From NCBI GenBank assembly GCA_038087875.1, contig JAXLNO010000385.1, forward strand, positions 744,001-808,000: a stretch of 64,000 nt of DNA, in the 5' to 3' direction. The notes beneath the pieces were generated by a model that saw only the letters and a list, made by a program, of their open reading frames with translations, was not told the origin of the DNA and made no database searches. The stretch comes from Malacoraja senta. Taxonomy: Eukaryota. The translations under genes and the position numbers were made by a program. Below are positions 1-12,770 of this stretch, one piece after another. How positions within the stretch are numbered: the stretch's first letter is position 1; each line of letters begins with the position of its first letter.

Positions 1-1
1 T

Positions 2-103
2 CCCGCGAAAATGCGTATTTCCTTTAATGGTCTTGAAAAGTCATTTGTTAAGCCTGAAGACGCTTTCAAATATGCCCAAACGATTGTTGAAAAACAGAAA
101 TAA
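2..103 (+). CDS. C-terminus of L1 ORF1 (partial)
   Basis: Own translation PAKMRISFNGLEKSFVKPEDAFKYAQTIVEKQK* fits the (Y)PAKLRI...F..P..A C-terminal motif of L1 ORF1p; lies upstream of ORF2. Confidence 0.75.
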   Translation, partial: PAKMRISFNGLEKSFVKPEDAFKYAQTIVEKQK

Positions 104-908
104 AAGGGAGCTTTGGCAGATCCGAATAATTCTCAGCTATGTTTTGTCTGGGGATAGTTACACTGTTATCTCTGGAATGTTGAAGCAAGGACATTTTCTG
201 TTCAAAACGTGTAAACAACTTTATAGCTGGAATATGAATTAGAAAATAATTGCTTATTGATTAAAATGTTATAACCAATTGTAAGAACTTATCCTATTAA
301 CAACTTTAAAAGTTATGCAGGTTAGATTAGAATACTAACAAAAAAAACAAAAAATAATGAACTAACATACTAATATGAATTTTTAATAAATTGTAACCTT
401 GTCTATAAGCGGGAGGAGGGGATGAGAAACGAGCTCCTGGCTTATGTCCAGGAGCACGTCTCGTTAACCCCTTCAACCAACAGCTGATTCTTATTGAAAT
501 CAAAAATATTGGTTTAATAATTAAACTCTGATATATATATATGTTATAAGGAAATATCAGGGTAAAATTGTATTATATATCTGAATGTGAGGCCTCGTTT
601 TAATATTTTAATATGTTATGATTAACTAAGAGAGCGGAGCTAGTTGAGCAACAACGCAATGGAAGTCAAAATAAGGTTTTTTCCCACCTACAGGTGGGTC
701 ACTCGCTACAGTGCCGACTATAGACACTGTAGCCTCACTTTTTTAGTTTTTTTTTTATCACATAAAATCACTTGTTTGTGTTTTGTGTTTAGTGATAAGA
801 ATAATATGGACATACCAACAAAAGTTAATAATTCAAAAACTCCCCCAATACCTAAAGACCTGGGATATGGACGCACCACAAGATTCAAAGGTACTATAAT
901 TATTCAAA

Positions 909-3900
909 ATGCATGACACCACACAAAAGAACCTAGGAGGAATCTCATTTTGTAGTTGGAATATAAGAGGTATTAACGAACCTATCAAAAGGGGTAAGAT
1001 ATTAGCTCAGCTAAAAATGTATAATTCTGACATTACCTTCCTACAAGAAACACACCTAAAACCTCAGGACCAAGTTAGGCTGAGGGCGAAATGGATAGGT
1101 CAAACATACCACTCTTCATTCACTTCAAAATCTAGAGGCACGTCAATTATCATAAGAAAAGGTATACCATTTAAAGCAAAGAATATTATAACAGATATAG
1201 AAGGGAGATACCTAATAGTTAATGGAGAAATCCATGACACTCCACTTACTTTGGTAAATATATATGCCCCTAACTTTGATAACCCCCACTTTTTCAATAA
1301 AATCTTCAATATAATTGCAGAGTCAAACTATCAAAATGTTATAATAGGCGGAGACTTTAACTGTGTTTTAGATCCGTACTTAGATAAATCAAGTCAAAAA
1401 CAGAGAGGGAATATGAAATCGAAAACTGGGGAACTCCTCAATACCTCCATAAATAACACTAATATAGCAGATGTTTGGAGAATTGTGAATCCAACTGGCA
1501 GGGAATATTCGTTTTACTCAATGGTACATAAAACATACTCACGTATAGACTACTTTCTGCTGGATACAAAATTAATCCCCCAAACATCTAATGCAATATA
1601 CCATACAAATTCAATTTCAGACCATTCTCCACTAACTTTCTTTTTAAAACTGGAAGGATTGTCTAAGAATAATTCATTCTGGAGATTTAACTCTCAAATT
1701 TTAAAAGATCCACAAGCGAGTATATATTTAAAAGAACAAATGGAGGTCTTTTTTCAAACAAATGATACTTCAGATATATCGCCTACTTTACTTTGGGAAT
1801 CTTTTAAAGCATACATTAGGGGTATTATAATTTCATATCAAGCTTTTCAAAATAAAAAGAATAAGAATGAACAAAGACAGTTAGAAGAACTTATTAGACA
1901 AATGGATATAGATAATGCTAAAGATCCATCAATAGATAAACATAATAAAATAATAATTTTAAAATTTAAATTAAATACATTATTATCTGCCAAACTTATA
2001 AGACTTTTTCAAATTACAAAACAAGAGCACTTTGAATTTGGGGATAAACCGCATAAACTTTTGGCTCGCCAGCTAAAAAAACGAGAAAAGGAACATACCA
2101 TACCAAAGATCAAATCAGATAAAGGGGAATTATTAACAACACCGAAGGATATTAATAAAAGATTTGCGCAATTTTACGAGAATTTGTATACATCTAAAAC
2201 GATAATTGATTCCAATAATATCACAAAGTTCTTGGATACCTGTAATCTTCCAAAGTTAGAGCTGAAGGAACAAGAGGAACTGGGTGCACAAATCTCAATT
2301 AAGGAATTAGAAGATACAATAAACTCACTAAAAAATGGAAAAACACCAGGCCCTGATGGATTTACTAATGAATTTTATAAAAGCTTTTATGATAAAATAA
2401 TACCAAGATTACAAAAAATGTACCAATACGCTTTTAAAAAACGAATACTACCTGATACATTAGCGGAATCAACGATTACATTAATACCTAAGAAAAATAA
2501 GGATTTAGAAGAACCTGGCTCATATAGAGCTATAGCATTGTTAAACACAGATCAAAAAATATTAGCGAAAACATTAGCCAGAAGATTAAGTAAATACATT
2601 AGTAAATTAATAAACCCAGATCAGAAAGGGTTTATCCCTAAGAGATACTCTTCTAATAATATGAGACGTCTACTCAACATAATGCACTCACACAAATCTG
2701 AAGATCAAGAATTATCAATTATTTCGCTGGATGCTGAAAAAGCATTTGATCAAGTAGAATGGAATTATATGGATAAAGTATTACAAAAATTTCAACTGGG
2801 AGAGAATTTTATTTTATGGATTAAGTTACTATATAACAAACCTACAGCTAGAATACTTACTAATAAAATATTATCCTCGAAATTTCAACTATCAAGGATG
2901 CTCATTATCACCACAGCTGTTTGCTCTCATTATTGAACCGCTAGCAGAAAAAATAAGAATACACCCTGATATTCATGGATATAATACTAAAGACTCATAT
3001 AATAAAATATCTTTATACGCGGATGATATATTATTGTATATTACAAAACCTCAAATCACTATACCAAATATATTAAATTTAATTGAAGACTTCGGATCTA
3101 TTTCTGGATATAGAATAAATTGGAATAAAAGTGAAATTATGTCAATAAAACCGAAAGATTCAACACATCTTTTAAAATTCCCTTTTAAAATAGCTACAGA
3201 AAAATTTAAATATTTGGGAATCGAAATTACCAGAGCATATCAAGGTATGTTCAGGGCATATTTTGACCCCCTACTTAATAAACTGAATACATTAATTAAA
3301 TTCTGGAAAACGCTCCCGATGTCTTTAATAGGCCGAATAAACGCAATAAAAATGATCTTTTTACCACAAATTCTATACCTATTTCAATCAATTCCTATAT
3401 ACTTACCTAAGAAGTTTTTTAAAAAACTCCACTCAGATATCACTAATTTTATATGGGACTATAAATCACATAGAATACAAAAAACCCATCTGAATAAATC
3501 TAAAGTATTGGGGGGTCTAGCACTACCTAATTTTATGTATTATTATTGGTCAGTAAATATTAAAAACATGATTCAACTGATGGATAACTCCGCCCAGCAA
3601 GTAGACTGGATTGTAATGGAGAAAGAGGATTGCTCCTCTAGAAACATTGGAGCGATCCTCCTCTCTCCAATGAAATTGAATAACATAAACTATAATAAGA
3701 ACCCAATTATTCATAGTACAATCCGTATTTGGAAACAAATAAAACAAAATTTAAAATTAAGAAACTTATCACTTTTATTACCTATGGTCAATAACCCTTC
3801 GTTTAGTCCTTCTATTATAGATAAAGCTTATACACAATGGGATAGACTAGGAATTAAAACGCTTGGTGACTTGTATGAAACTGGAAAATTACTTTCATTT

Positions 3901-4686
3901 CAACAATTACAAATAAAATATAAACTCGGAAATAATCAATATTTTAAATACTTTCAAATATGCGACTATTTGAAAAAATATACAAAAGATCATCATAATA
4001 ACCCAGCAGATGTACTGGACGAGGCAATGCAGATAAAAGCGGAATCAGCAAACTTAATATCATATTTGTACAATATTATCTTAAATGCACAAATACCATC
4101 TACGGAGGGTATCAGAAGAGACTGGGAACAAGAGTTAGCTATTAAAATTTCAAAGGAAAGTTGGAATGAATACTTATTAAAAGTGCATAAATGCTCGATT
4201 AATGTAAGACACACTTTAATACAATTTAAAATTTTACATAGATTATATTATTCGAAAACTAAAATTCATAAAATTTTCCCAAACGTATCATCTATTTGTG
4301 ATAAATGTCAATCCCAAGAAGCAACTATAGCGCACTCATTTGTCTTCTGTACAAAAATTCAAAAATTTTGGAATGAAATTTTTGAAATCTTTACAAAGTT
4401 ATTTAAAACAAGACTGATACCCAAAGCAGAATGGATTATCTTCGGAATAACGGAAGATGATCCAGAACTAAATGTGTTTCAAAAGAAATTAATGGATTAT
4501 GGGTTAATAACTGGAAAAAAGCTAATTCTAAAATTTTGGAAGAAGGCTCCAATACCAACTATAAATATGTGGATTTCAAATATGTTTGAAACATTACACC
4601 TTGAAGAGATAAGACTCCTCCTAGCAGGTAAACCAGATCACTTCCACCTGACGTGGTCTGCATTTATAGAATTATTACAAACATAG
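909..4686 (+). pseudogene. L1 ORF2 (APE endonuclease + reverse transcriptase), one frameshift near 2897
   Basis: SWNIRG, LQETH, GGDFN, SRIDY, SDH (EN); GPDG, LDAEKAFD, YADD at ~3016 (RT); CDKC...H...C. GNRQG codons are missing relative to the second L1 copy. Confidence 0.93.
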
Positions 4687-5094
4687 GGTGCAAAAGTGCT
4701 TTAAAAAAATAAAAAATTGAGGTCGGGTAAGGGGGGATGATAGTTGAAGAGTTGGTATGTCCTATTTACGTGATGCTCAAAAAAAAAAAAACATTTGTTT
4801 CTCTTTTTTTCTCTTTCTCTTTTCTTTTCTTAGGGCCTATTTCTTAACTCTTTTTCTTTTTGTTTTTAATTTCGCTCTTATAGGGTCTTCGTCCTTTTTT
4901 GTTGTTACATTTTCTACACTTTTCTACACTTGCACTTTTTCCTTCACTTTCTTCTCTCTTTCAATCTTTTCTTTCTCTAGTGTAAAAAAATAAATAAAGG
5001 GAGTACATTAATGGTAAGAAGATATAAATGACGAGTATTAATGTATGTGGTTGTAATGTAATGTACTTCTAATAAATAAAAATTAAAAAAAAAA

Positions 5095-8000
5095 TAGTAC
5101 AATAGTACATTCATTATTTATTATACTCTCCACCCCACGTGGTGACCATCGCCCACGGAAGGCCTCCAGAGTCCCCATGGACACCGCATATTCCCGCTCC
5201 AGGGACACCCGTGCACGGACGTACGCCCGGAAGAGGGGCAGGCAGCCAACTCTCGCCTCACCATCGACCGCCCGCTGCCTGGATCCACGAATAGCCATCT
5301 TAACCAGGCCCAGGAGCAAACCGACAGGGAGGTCCCACCCCCCCCCCCCACTTGGCTCTCCCCACACCCTACCTTATGCCCACACACTAGAATCGTGGGA
5401 CTAAAATGCAACCAGAACTTAAGGAACAACCCCTTCAGATATTGGTACAGGGGCAGTAACCTCTCACACTCCATGTATACGTGGAACACGGTCTCTTCCT
5501 CGCCACAGAAAATACACGCGGCGGACGATCCCGTGAACCGACTCAAAAGTTTATTACAAACCACCGCTCCATGCAACAGTCTCCACCCCAGGTCCCCAAT
5601 GTAAAGGGGGACAACTCCCCTATAGAAGGACCCCCACCAGGGACCTCCCCCGCCGTCAGGTGGTAACACCACCCGCCAAGGTGTGTCAGGACGAGAAACA
5701 AAGGCAAGGAGGTGCAGAATGTACAGGAACATCCTATACAGTGTGCGTCTCTTCGCATCACGAAACGGTATGCTGATCATCTCAGAAAGGCGGCTCAGGT
5801 TGTGTAGAGCCGGTGCCCGAGATATATCCCGGAGCCTAGGCCGGATGAGCAGATCTGACGGAGCAATTGAAAGCTCAGCCAGAACCACTCTAGGCGCGCG
5901 CCTCTCCTCGACACCCGCCATGACTGGGCGAGGACCGGCCACTCCCGCAGCCGCACCATCCCCCTCCCCTCGTAGAACAACACGCTGGCTGAAAACAACC
6001 AAATTCCTCACTCTGATCATATCCCGATAGAAAACAGGCAAACCCCTTAGGGCGGGTCGACTGATGCCCGCCACCGGGAGCCGCGAGACCCCCCCCCCCT
6101 AGGCAACGACCACGACGACAAAAATACGTGGCCAGAGCGTGCCATCTGGGGGGGTTCTCTACATACATATACCTCCGCAGAGTCCTGAGACGGAGAGCCG
6201 CCACCTCGGTACGCACGCATAACAATGACTGACCGCCCTCCTCTAACGGGAGACTCAGGACCGCTGCAGAGACCCAGTGCTTCCTATTTCCCCAGAAGAA
6301 ATCTACCAGCTTCTTCTGAAGAGCATTTACAAATATGGAAGGTGGGACAAGAGTAGCCAGCCGGTACCATAACATAGAGGCCACCAGCTGATTTATGACC
6401 ATCGCCCTCCCCCGAAAAGAAAGAACTACAAGCAAGCCCGACCAGCGCCCCAGCCGGGCAACCACCTTCGTCTCCAACTCCTGCCAGTTCGCCGGCCAAG
6501 CATCCTCAGTGGGACTCAGGTAAACCCTCAGATAGAGGAGATGTGTGGTGCTCCACACATACCTTGCCATCTCCTCCGGCAGGGAATCCACCTGCCACTG
6601 ACCCACTAAAAGACCAGAACACTTACTCCAGTTAATCCTGGCAGAAGATGCAGCTGAGAAAATCTCCTGGCAGTCACGCATCCTCCGCAGGTCACCAGGA
6701 TCAGTGAACATAATGTGTACATCATCTGCATACGCTGAAAGAACCACCTCCAACCCCGGGCCAGGTAGGGCCAGGCCTGTCAACCTCCTCCGAAGAAGAG
6801 ATAGGAACGGCTCCACGCAGACCGAGTACAACTGACCCGACATGGGGCACCCCTGACGGACCACCCTCCCAAAATGAAAAGGAGCCAACAACCTTCACCA
6901 GGCACTCCGCTGCAGCGTACAGAAGCCGGACCCGGGCCACAAAATGCGGTCCAAATCCAAACGCTTGCAACGTCCCGAATAGGTAATCATGCTCTACCCT
7001 ATCAAAAGCCTTCTCCTGATCAAGAGACAGAAAAGCAGCTGACTGACCAGTACCCTGAACTAGATGAATCAGGTCCCTTACCATGTGGATGTTATCTTGA
7101 ATGGACCTGCCAGGGACTGTATAGTACTGGTCAAGATGAATCATTTGAGACAGCACAGGGCCCAGGCGATTTGCCATTGCCCGTGCAAATACTTTATACT
7201 CTGTACATAGGAGAGATACCGGCCACCAGTTCTTCAACAAGCGGAGTTCGCCCTTCTTGGGCAGCAAGACAACAACTGCCCTACGCCACGAGAGGGGCAT
7301 CGCTCCGGCCGCCAGACTCTCCCCCAGCACCAACATGTAATCACCCCCCAGGATATCCCAGAAAGTTCTGACAAACTCTACCGTCAACCCATCCATCCCG
7401 GGTGACGTACCCTTCCTGAGCTGAAACAATGCACGTCAACTCCTCCAAAGATAAGGGGCCATCAAGAAGATCGGCCACCTCCCTATCAACAGTCGGTAGA
7501 CCCTCCCACAAGTCCTGCTGAGCCTCCCCGTTAAATCCCCCTGCGGAGAACAGGGACCCATAAAAGGACCTGACCTCCTCACTGATCTTCTCCGGATCAG
7601 TGACAGAGGAGCCATCATCTGCGAGCAGCTCTACGAGCTGCTTGCAGGCTCCCCTCCCTTTCTCCAGAGAGAAAAAGAAAGGCGAAGCTCGGTCCAGATC
7701 TTGCATCATCTGGACCCGCGCCCTCACGAAAGCGCCTCGGGACCGCACAAGCAGCAGATTCCTCAAGGCTTCCTTCTTCTCCTGAAACTGTCCCCATTCA
7801 CAGGAGTCCTCACCATCCCGACCCAGGCGAGACTCTGCACCCAGTAGCCCCCTCTCAAGCCTCGCGGCCGCTGAGTTCCTCCGTCCGGACGACCCCCACG
7901 TATACTCCTTACAAAAGAGACGAATGTGAGCCTTCCCCACATCCCACCACTGCCTAAGGGAAGAGAAGCACCCCCGCCGCTCTCTCCACTTCGCCCAAAA

Positions 8001-8501
8001 CCGAGTGAATGACTCCCGGAAACACCGATCCTCCAGCAGCCGGTTGTTAAAGTGCCAATACGCGGACCCAGCCCTAGTGCGCGCTGGATTGAAGTCCACA
8101 CGCACGAGACAGCGATCTGAACATGGCACCAACCGCATTGAGGCCGCTGAGACACGGGCAACAAACGCTCTGGAAATATATATTCTGTCAATACGGGAAC
8201 CACCACCCTCAGACCTCCGCGAAAAAGCAGTGGAATCCGGGTGGAGGTTCCGCCACGCATCAACCAACTCAAAGGATTCAATCATCCCTCTCAGCTTCTT
8301 CGCTACAACAGGGGCACACTGAGTACCAGAAAGATCTCGCGCCTCAAGTGTGCAATTAAAGTCCCCACCAAGGAAAACACACTCTCCCCTATCAATAGTG
8401 CTCAACAGAGCAATCACCGTCTGAATTAGGCCGGCCTGCATCGTACCGGAGCTAGGGGCATACACGTTAATGAAATGCAACGGCATGCCATCCAAGCTCA
8501 C
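5095..8501 (-). pseudogene. Tx1 ORF2 (EN-RT-Zn), several frameshifts, EN N-terminus deleted
   Basis: INVYAP, GGDFNC, SRIDRIY, YWHFN; LSLDQEKAFDRVEH, RQGCPMSG, AYADD; CIFCGEEETVFHVYMEC; VGLLLGLVKMAI. Confidence 0.9.
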
Positions 8502-10746
8502 TGCCAGATGGAGATCAGATCACCCCACCGCCTTTTAGCAACCTCCAATCTTGTTCTGATGGAGCGGTTTGTTCTGAGAAATTCTCGAACCGCCTGTATA
8601 TCACATACAAGAGACTCGGCCTTGGAGCCTGGGCACTCGGCCAACTCACTCGCATCTGCACCAACAGGCTCCACACGACCGCGTTCAAGGTCTCTTTCAG
8701 TAATTGAACGACCAGAGCCCTCCGACAGCTCTTCAGCCCCACTACACAAACTTTCCTGAGCACTCTCCCCCTCCTCCAGCAAGACACCACCCCCAGGATT
8801 AATGCCGGGTAAGGGCCCCGAAACCCCCGACTGCAACAGGCATCCCCCTGACTGGTTTGGCACCTGCACGCTACCATCACCCTCCACGACTTAGCCTGGG
8901 GAACCAAAAACACTAGGCACCCCCAGGGCCTGGGATACACTGGCACCCCTGGAAACCAAAGGGAAATCACCACCCGAACTATCCCCGACCTCCACAGCAC
9001 CTATAGCATCCCCTCCAATGGCAACACCCAGAGGCTCTCCACTTTCTTTTAGCCTCTCCCCTTCCACCTCATCCGGCGATGCAGCACCCCCCCCATTACC
9101 ACCACTGACTCTGATGTGCAGCATAGACTGGAACACCACAGCCCCCGAACCACCCCCTCGGGCTGACTCTGCTCATCCCCCATCTCAGGGGCCCCACTAC
9201 CAGGGGCACATACCCCATCCTCTGGCGTTCCATCACCCTCAAGAGGCCTCTGAAACGAGGGGACCTCCTCCGACCCAGAGGACACCCCCCAGGGGAGCTC
9301 ACCTCAACACCCGATGAGATAACTCCATGGGAGGGCCCCTCAAATGAAGGGCCAGCCACCCGCCCAGAGGACACAACTCCAGCGGAACCAACCCCCTCAC
9401 CTGATCCTATAATCCCCGCGGAGGATCCCTGAAATGGATACTCATCCTCCACCCCGGAAGACACCATTTCTTGACCCCCAACCACATCAGTGGTGGAAGG
9501 TCTGGAAAAAGACGTCCCCCTAATTTTCGCCTCACGCCCTTCCTCTTCCTCGCCAGGCCTATTCCTTTTTACCCCACTAGCATGCGGCAGTACGGTGACC
9601 TCCATAAAGGAAGGGTCTTCCACCTCCTCACTACCCACATCCACTGTACCACCCGCAAACTTTACCATCCCTTCCCCCGTCTGAGCGACCTCATCGCCTT
9701 GCTGGGCCACGGCAAGCACACTCTGGACCTCACTAGAGCTGATACGCACCCCTTGGGTGTTCTCAGATTGCGTTATACTCTCTGGATGGCCCTTTCCCCT
9801 CCTCCTCCTCGACTTCTTCACCTCCCACTTCCCCTCCCCGTCTTTTTCCTCCCCCTCTCCACCCTCTCCCTCCACCTCACCATTAGCCACCACTACCTCC
9901 ACAGTCTCAGGACGCAGGGGCCGGAGGCCTTCCCCGCCCCGTTCCCCAAGGCAAAACTTTCAGACCCAGATGGCCTATCACTTCCGCCCCGGATCCCCGA
10001 GGAGAGCTAGCCGCCCTAGCCAGGTCAGCAGTGCCACCCAGCGCCATTGAGGCCTGATGAACCTGGCCCGCTACGCTAGAACTTCTAGCATCGAGCCCGC
10101 GAGAAAGACACTCTTTACGGAAATGTCCAAATGCTCCACATGTATGACACCTTGCCTTCCCCCAACTCCAATACACGGTTCTACGGAGACCCTTACACTC
10201 CACCACAAAGCTCCCCTCCCCGCCTTCGCCCTCACCCACCTTCATAAACACCCTCCTCTTAAAACTCAAGACCCCTCTTTCCTCCGGGTCCCCCCCGAGG
10301 TGCCCGAGCCTAAAGCACTTAGACCTCACCTCCCCAACCTTAGACAGGTGTGGAATAAGTGCAACATCCGGAATATATGTGGGGCAACTCCGCAGGAGAA
10401 CCGGTCTCACACTAGATAACCACGGAGCCACCTGTAATTGGATCCCCCCCACTGATATCCCCCTCTCCAACGCCATTTCCACACCCTCCCGGGTCTTTAA
10501 TATCATCTCCACCTTTCCTCTTTCAAGCTCGGAAGAGACAACAGCCCGCCCCCCAATAAGGCAATTCACGGCCTTGGTAATGAACCAAGGTAATGGGGCA
10601 GGTTTGGACCGCGATACCAAACCTGCCCCTATCCAAGTCCACATAAGGCTCATACTCCGATGTCCTCGCATCCGTCTCTGATGCCGCCACTGCGTAGCTC
10701 CGGTTCTTCGGCCGCGCCCCAGCCATCGCCATCCTGACAGAGGCAC
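8502..10746 (-). pseudogene. Tx1 ORF1 (gag-like, zinc knuckle), frameshifted
   Basis: CHTCGAFGHFRKEC knuckle, low-complexity middle region, position upstream of ORF2. Confidence 0.75.
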
Positions 10747-11252
10747 AACCAGCTCCAGTCGGCCCAGCAGCTCAGCTCCACGTTATGTCCCGCAAACAGT
10801 CACAGTCAAACAAATAGCAGAACTCAGAAGCCTCCAGCTAAAGCACGAAAATCCCCAAATACATCCACAGCCGAGAGCAGCTTCTGGGAAGCTCTATCCC
10901 AGTCTTGCCGGAATCAAAAGTACCATCTTCACATTAAGCCCGGCACCCGCCTGAGCAAAATGACTTTAGGGCAGAGAAACGGTGCTAATAACAGAACAAA
11001 ACAGCGCAATCATCATTCCCTCGATCTCCAGGCACTCTTGGCAGTCCGCCAACGACAACCGCACCCTCGACAATGGAGAAAAATCTCCGGGTTTTTCGCA
11101 ATTGTGGATGATTCCTAGAGCAGAGAAAAGTTTCACCAGTCCAACAATAAGTTAAACTATGAAGCCCCTCTGCCTCTGTTCCTTCCCCATCGACAAAGTC
11201 CTTGAAAAGGTGTTTCAATCCTTCTCCACTTCAGAGCTGAAAAAAACACAGC

Positions 11253-11257
11253 CTCTC

Positions 11258-11343
<86 letters not shown>
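11253..11343. repeat. (CT)n microsatellite
   Basis: Direct reading. Confidence 0.98.
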
Positions 11344-11346
<3 letters not shown>

Positions 11347-11994
11347 TCCCCCCTCTTTACCACATCTCTCCCCATCTCTCTCCCCATCGGGTCTCTGGCG
11401 CTGTGAGGCAGCAACTGCCACATGGATTTAATGGAGGGCACCTGTAAATGAGAGAATTAGGGGAGGGCACCTGTAATTATACCTTTGAACCTGTCCTATC
11501 CATGTACCTTTCAAAATGTCTGGCCAAATGTATCTGGCCAAATGACTTTTGACGTTGTTTCATTGACCTCCTCGTTCTTCTACCTTCTCTACCCGTCTCT
11601 TTCTCCTTCCCTACCCGTCTCTATCTCTCTCCCTCCCCGACTCACTCTCCCTCCCATCCCCGTCTCTCCCTCGCCTCCCCGTCACTCTCTTACTTTCTCT
11701 CTCACCCCCTCCCCATGTCTCTCTATCCCTCCCTCACCATCTCTCGCTCCCTCCACGTGTCTCTCCCCGTCTCCTCTCTCTCCGCCCCGTCTCTCTCCCT
11801 CTCCTCTCGCTTTCTCTGCCGCCTCTCTCTCTCACCCCCACCCTCTCTCTCTCTCTCCCCTCTACGTCTCTCTCTTTCTCATCCACCCCTCCCCTCCGCT
11901 CCTTCTCGTCGTCACTCCCGCTCCCCGTCTCGGTCACAATTGGAGGGAGGTAGTGTCTGACCCCCGTCTCACCCTCCCCTCCCCCCCCGTCTGG

Positions 11995-12089
11995 AGGTGT
12001 ACACGTACGAAGAGGACGAGATGGTATAGGATCCCGGACTGGCCGAACACCTTTCTCACTTTGACAACGACATGATGAACATGCAGAAG
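11995..12089 (+). pseudogene. USP5: Isolated decayed exon of ubiquitin-specific peptidase 5 (end of ZnF-UBP region)
   Basis: Translates (E)VYTYEEDEMV*DPGLAEHLSHFDNDMMNMQK versus recalled USP5 DVYSYDEDDMVLDPSLAEHLSHFGIDMLKMQK; upstream polypyrimidine tract, GT donor at 12090, TAG at 12027, acceptor lacks AG. Confidence 0.85.
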
Positions 12090-12514
12090 GTGTGTTTGAT
12101 GGGGTGGGAAATGGGTGATGGGGCTGCATGTGGGAGGGGTCACCGTCTGTGGGGTGGGGCTCGGGGGCATAGGGAGAGAGACGGGGAGGGACGGAGGGAG
12201 AGAGAGTGACGGAGGGAGAGAGAGTGAGGGGGAAGTAGAGAGAGACGGGGAGAGAGAGGGAGTGACGGGAAGAGAGAGACGGGGAGAGAGAGGCGGGGAG
12301 AGGGGGACGGGGTGAGGAACAGATAGAGAAACGGGGAGGGAGAGAGAGATGGGGAGAGAGGAGAGAGAAAGAAGGGGGAGGGAGGGACAGACAGGGAGAG
12401 AAAGTGTGAGAGGGCGAGAGGGAGGGAGAGACGGGAACGGGGAAGAGTGTGAGGGGAGAGTGATGGGGAGTCCGAGAAAGTGACGGAGAGGGGGGGAGAG
12501 GGGTGGGGATGTAA

Positions 12515-12770
12515 CACAACATGGAAACTGGTCCTTCGGTCAACTTGCGCAGATTGACCAACATGCCCCATCTACACTTATTCCATCTGCCCGCGTTTGG
12601 CCCATATCCCTCCAAACCTGTCCTATCCCTGTACCTGTCCAAACGTTGTGATAATCCCTACCTCAACTACATCTTCCGGCAGCTGTTCCATACAACCCAC
12701 CACCCTCTGTGTGGAAAAGTTACCCCCTCAGGTTCCTATTAAATATTTCCCCCTTCCCCTTGAATCTATA
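12515..12770 (-). mobile_element. CR1-type LINE 3' fragment
   Basis: Minus-strand DRTGLEGYGPNAGRW, typical of the ORF2 end and 3'UTR of elasmobranch CR1-like LINEs. Confidence 0.7.

Larger units (their letters stand above)
1..5094 (+). mobile_element. L1 LINE, near full length (5' end outside window)
   Basis: ORF1 tail, ~800-bp inter-ORF spacer, ORF2 with EN, RT and C-terminal Cys motif, T-rich 3'UTR, AATAAA and A-tail ending ~5094. Confidence 0.95.
5095..11252 (-). mobile_element. Tx1-clade non-LTR retrotransposon, decayed near-full-length
   Basis: Gag-like ORF1 with CCHC knuckle and ORF2 EN/RT/Zn on the minus strand; 5'UTR runs to a (TC)n tract at 11253; the 3' end abuts the L1 A-tail. 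Confidence 0.9.
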
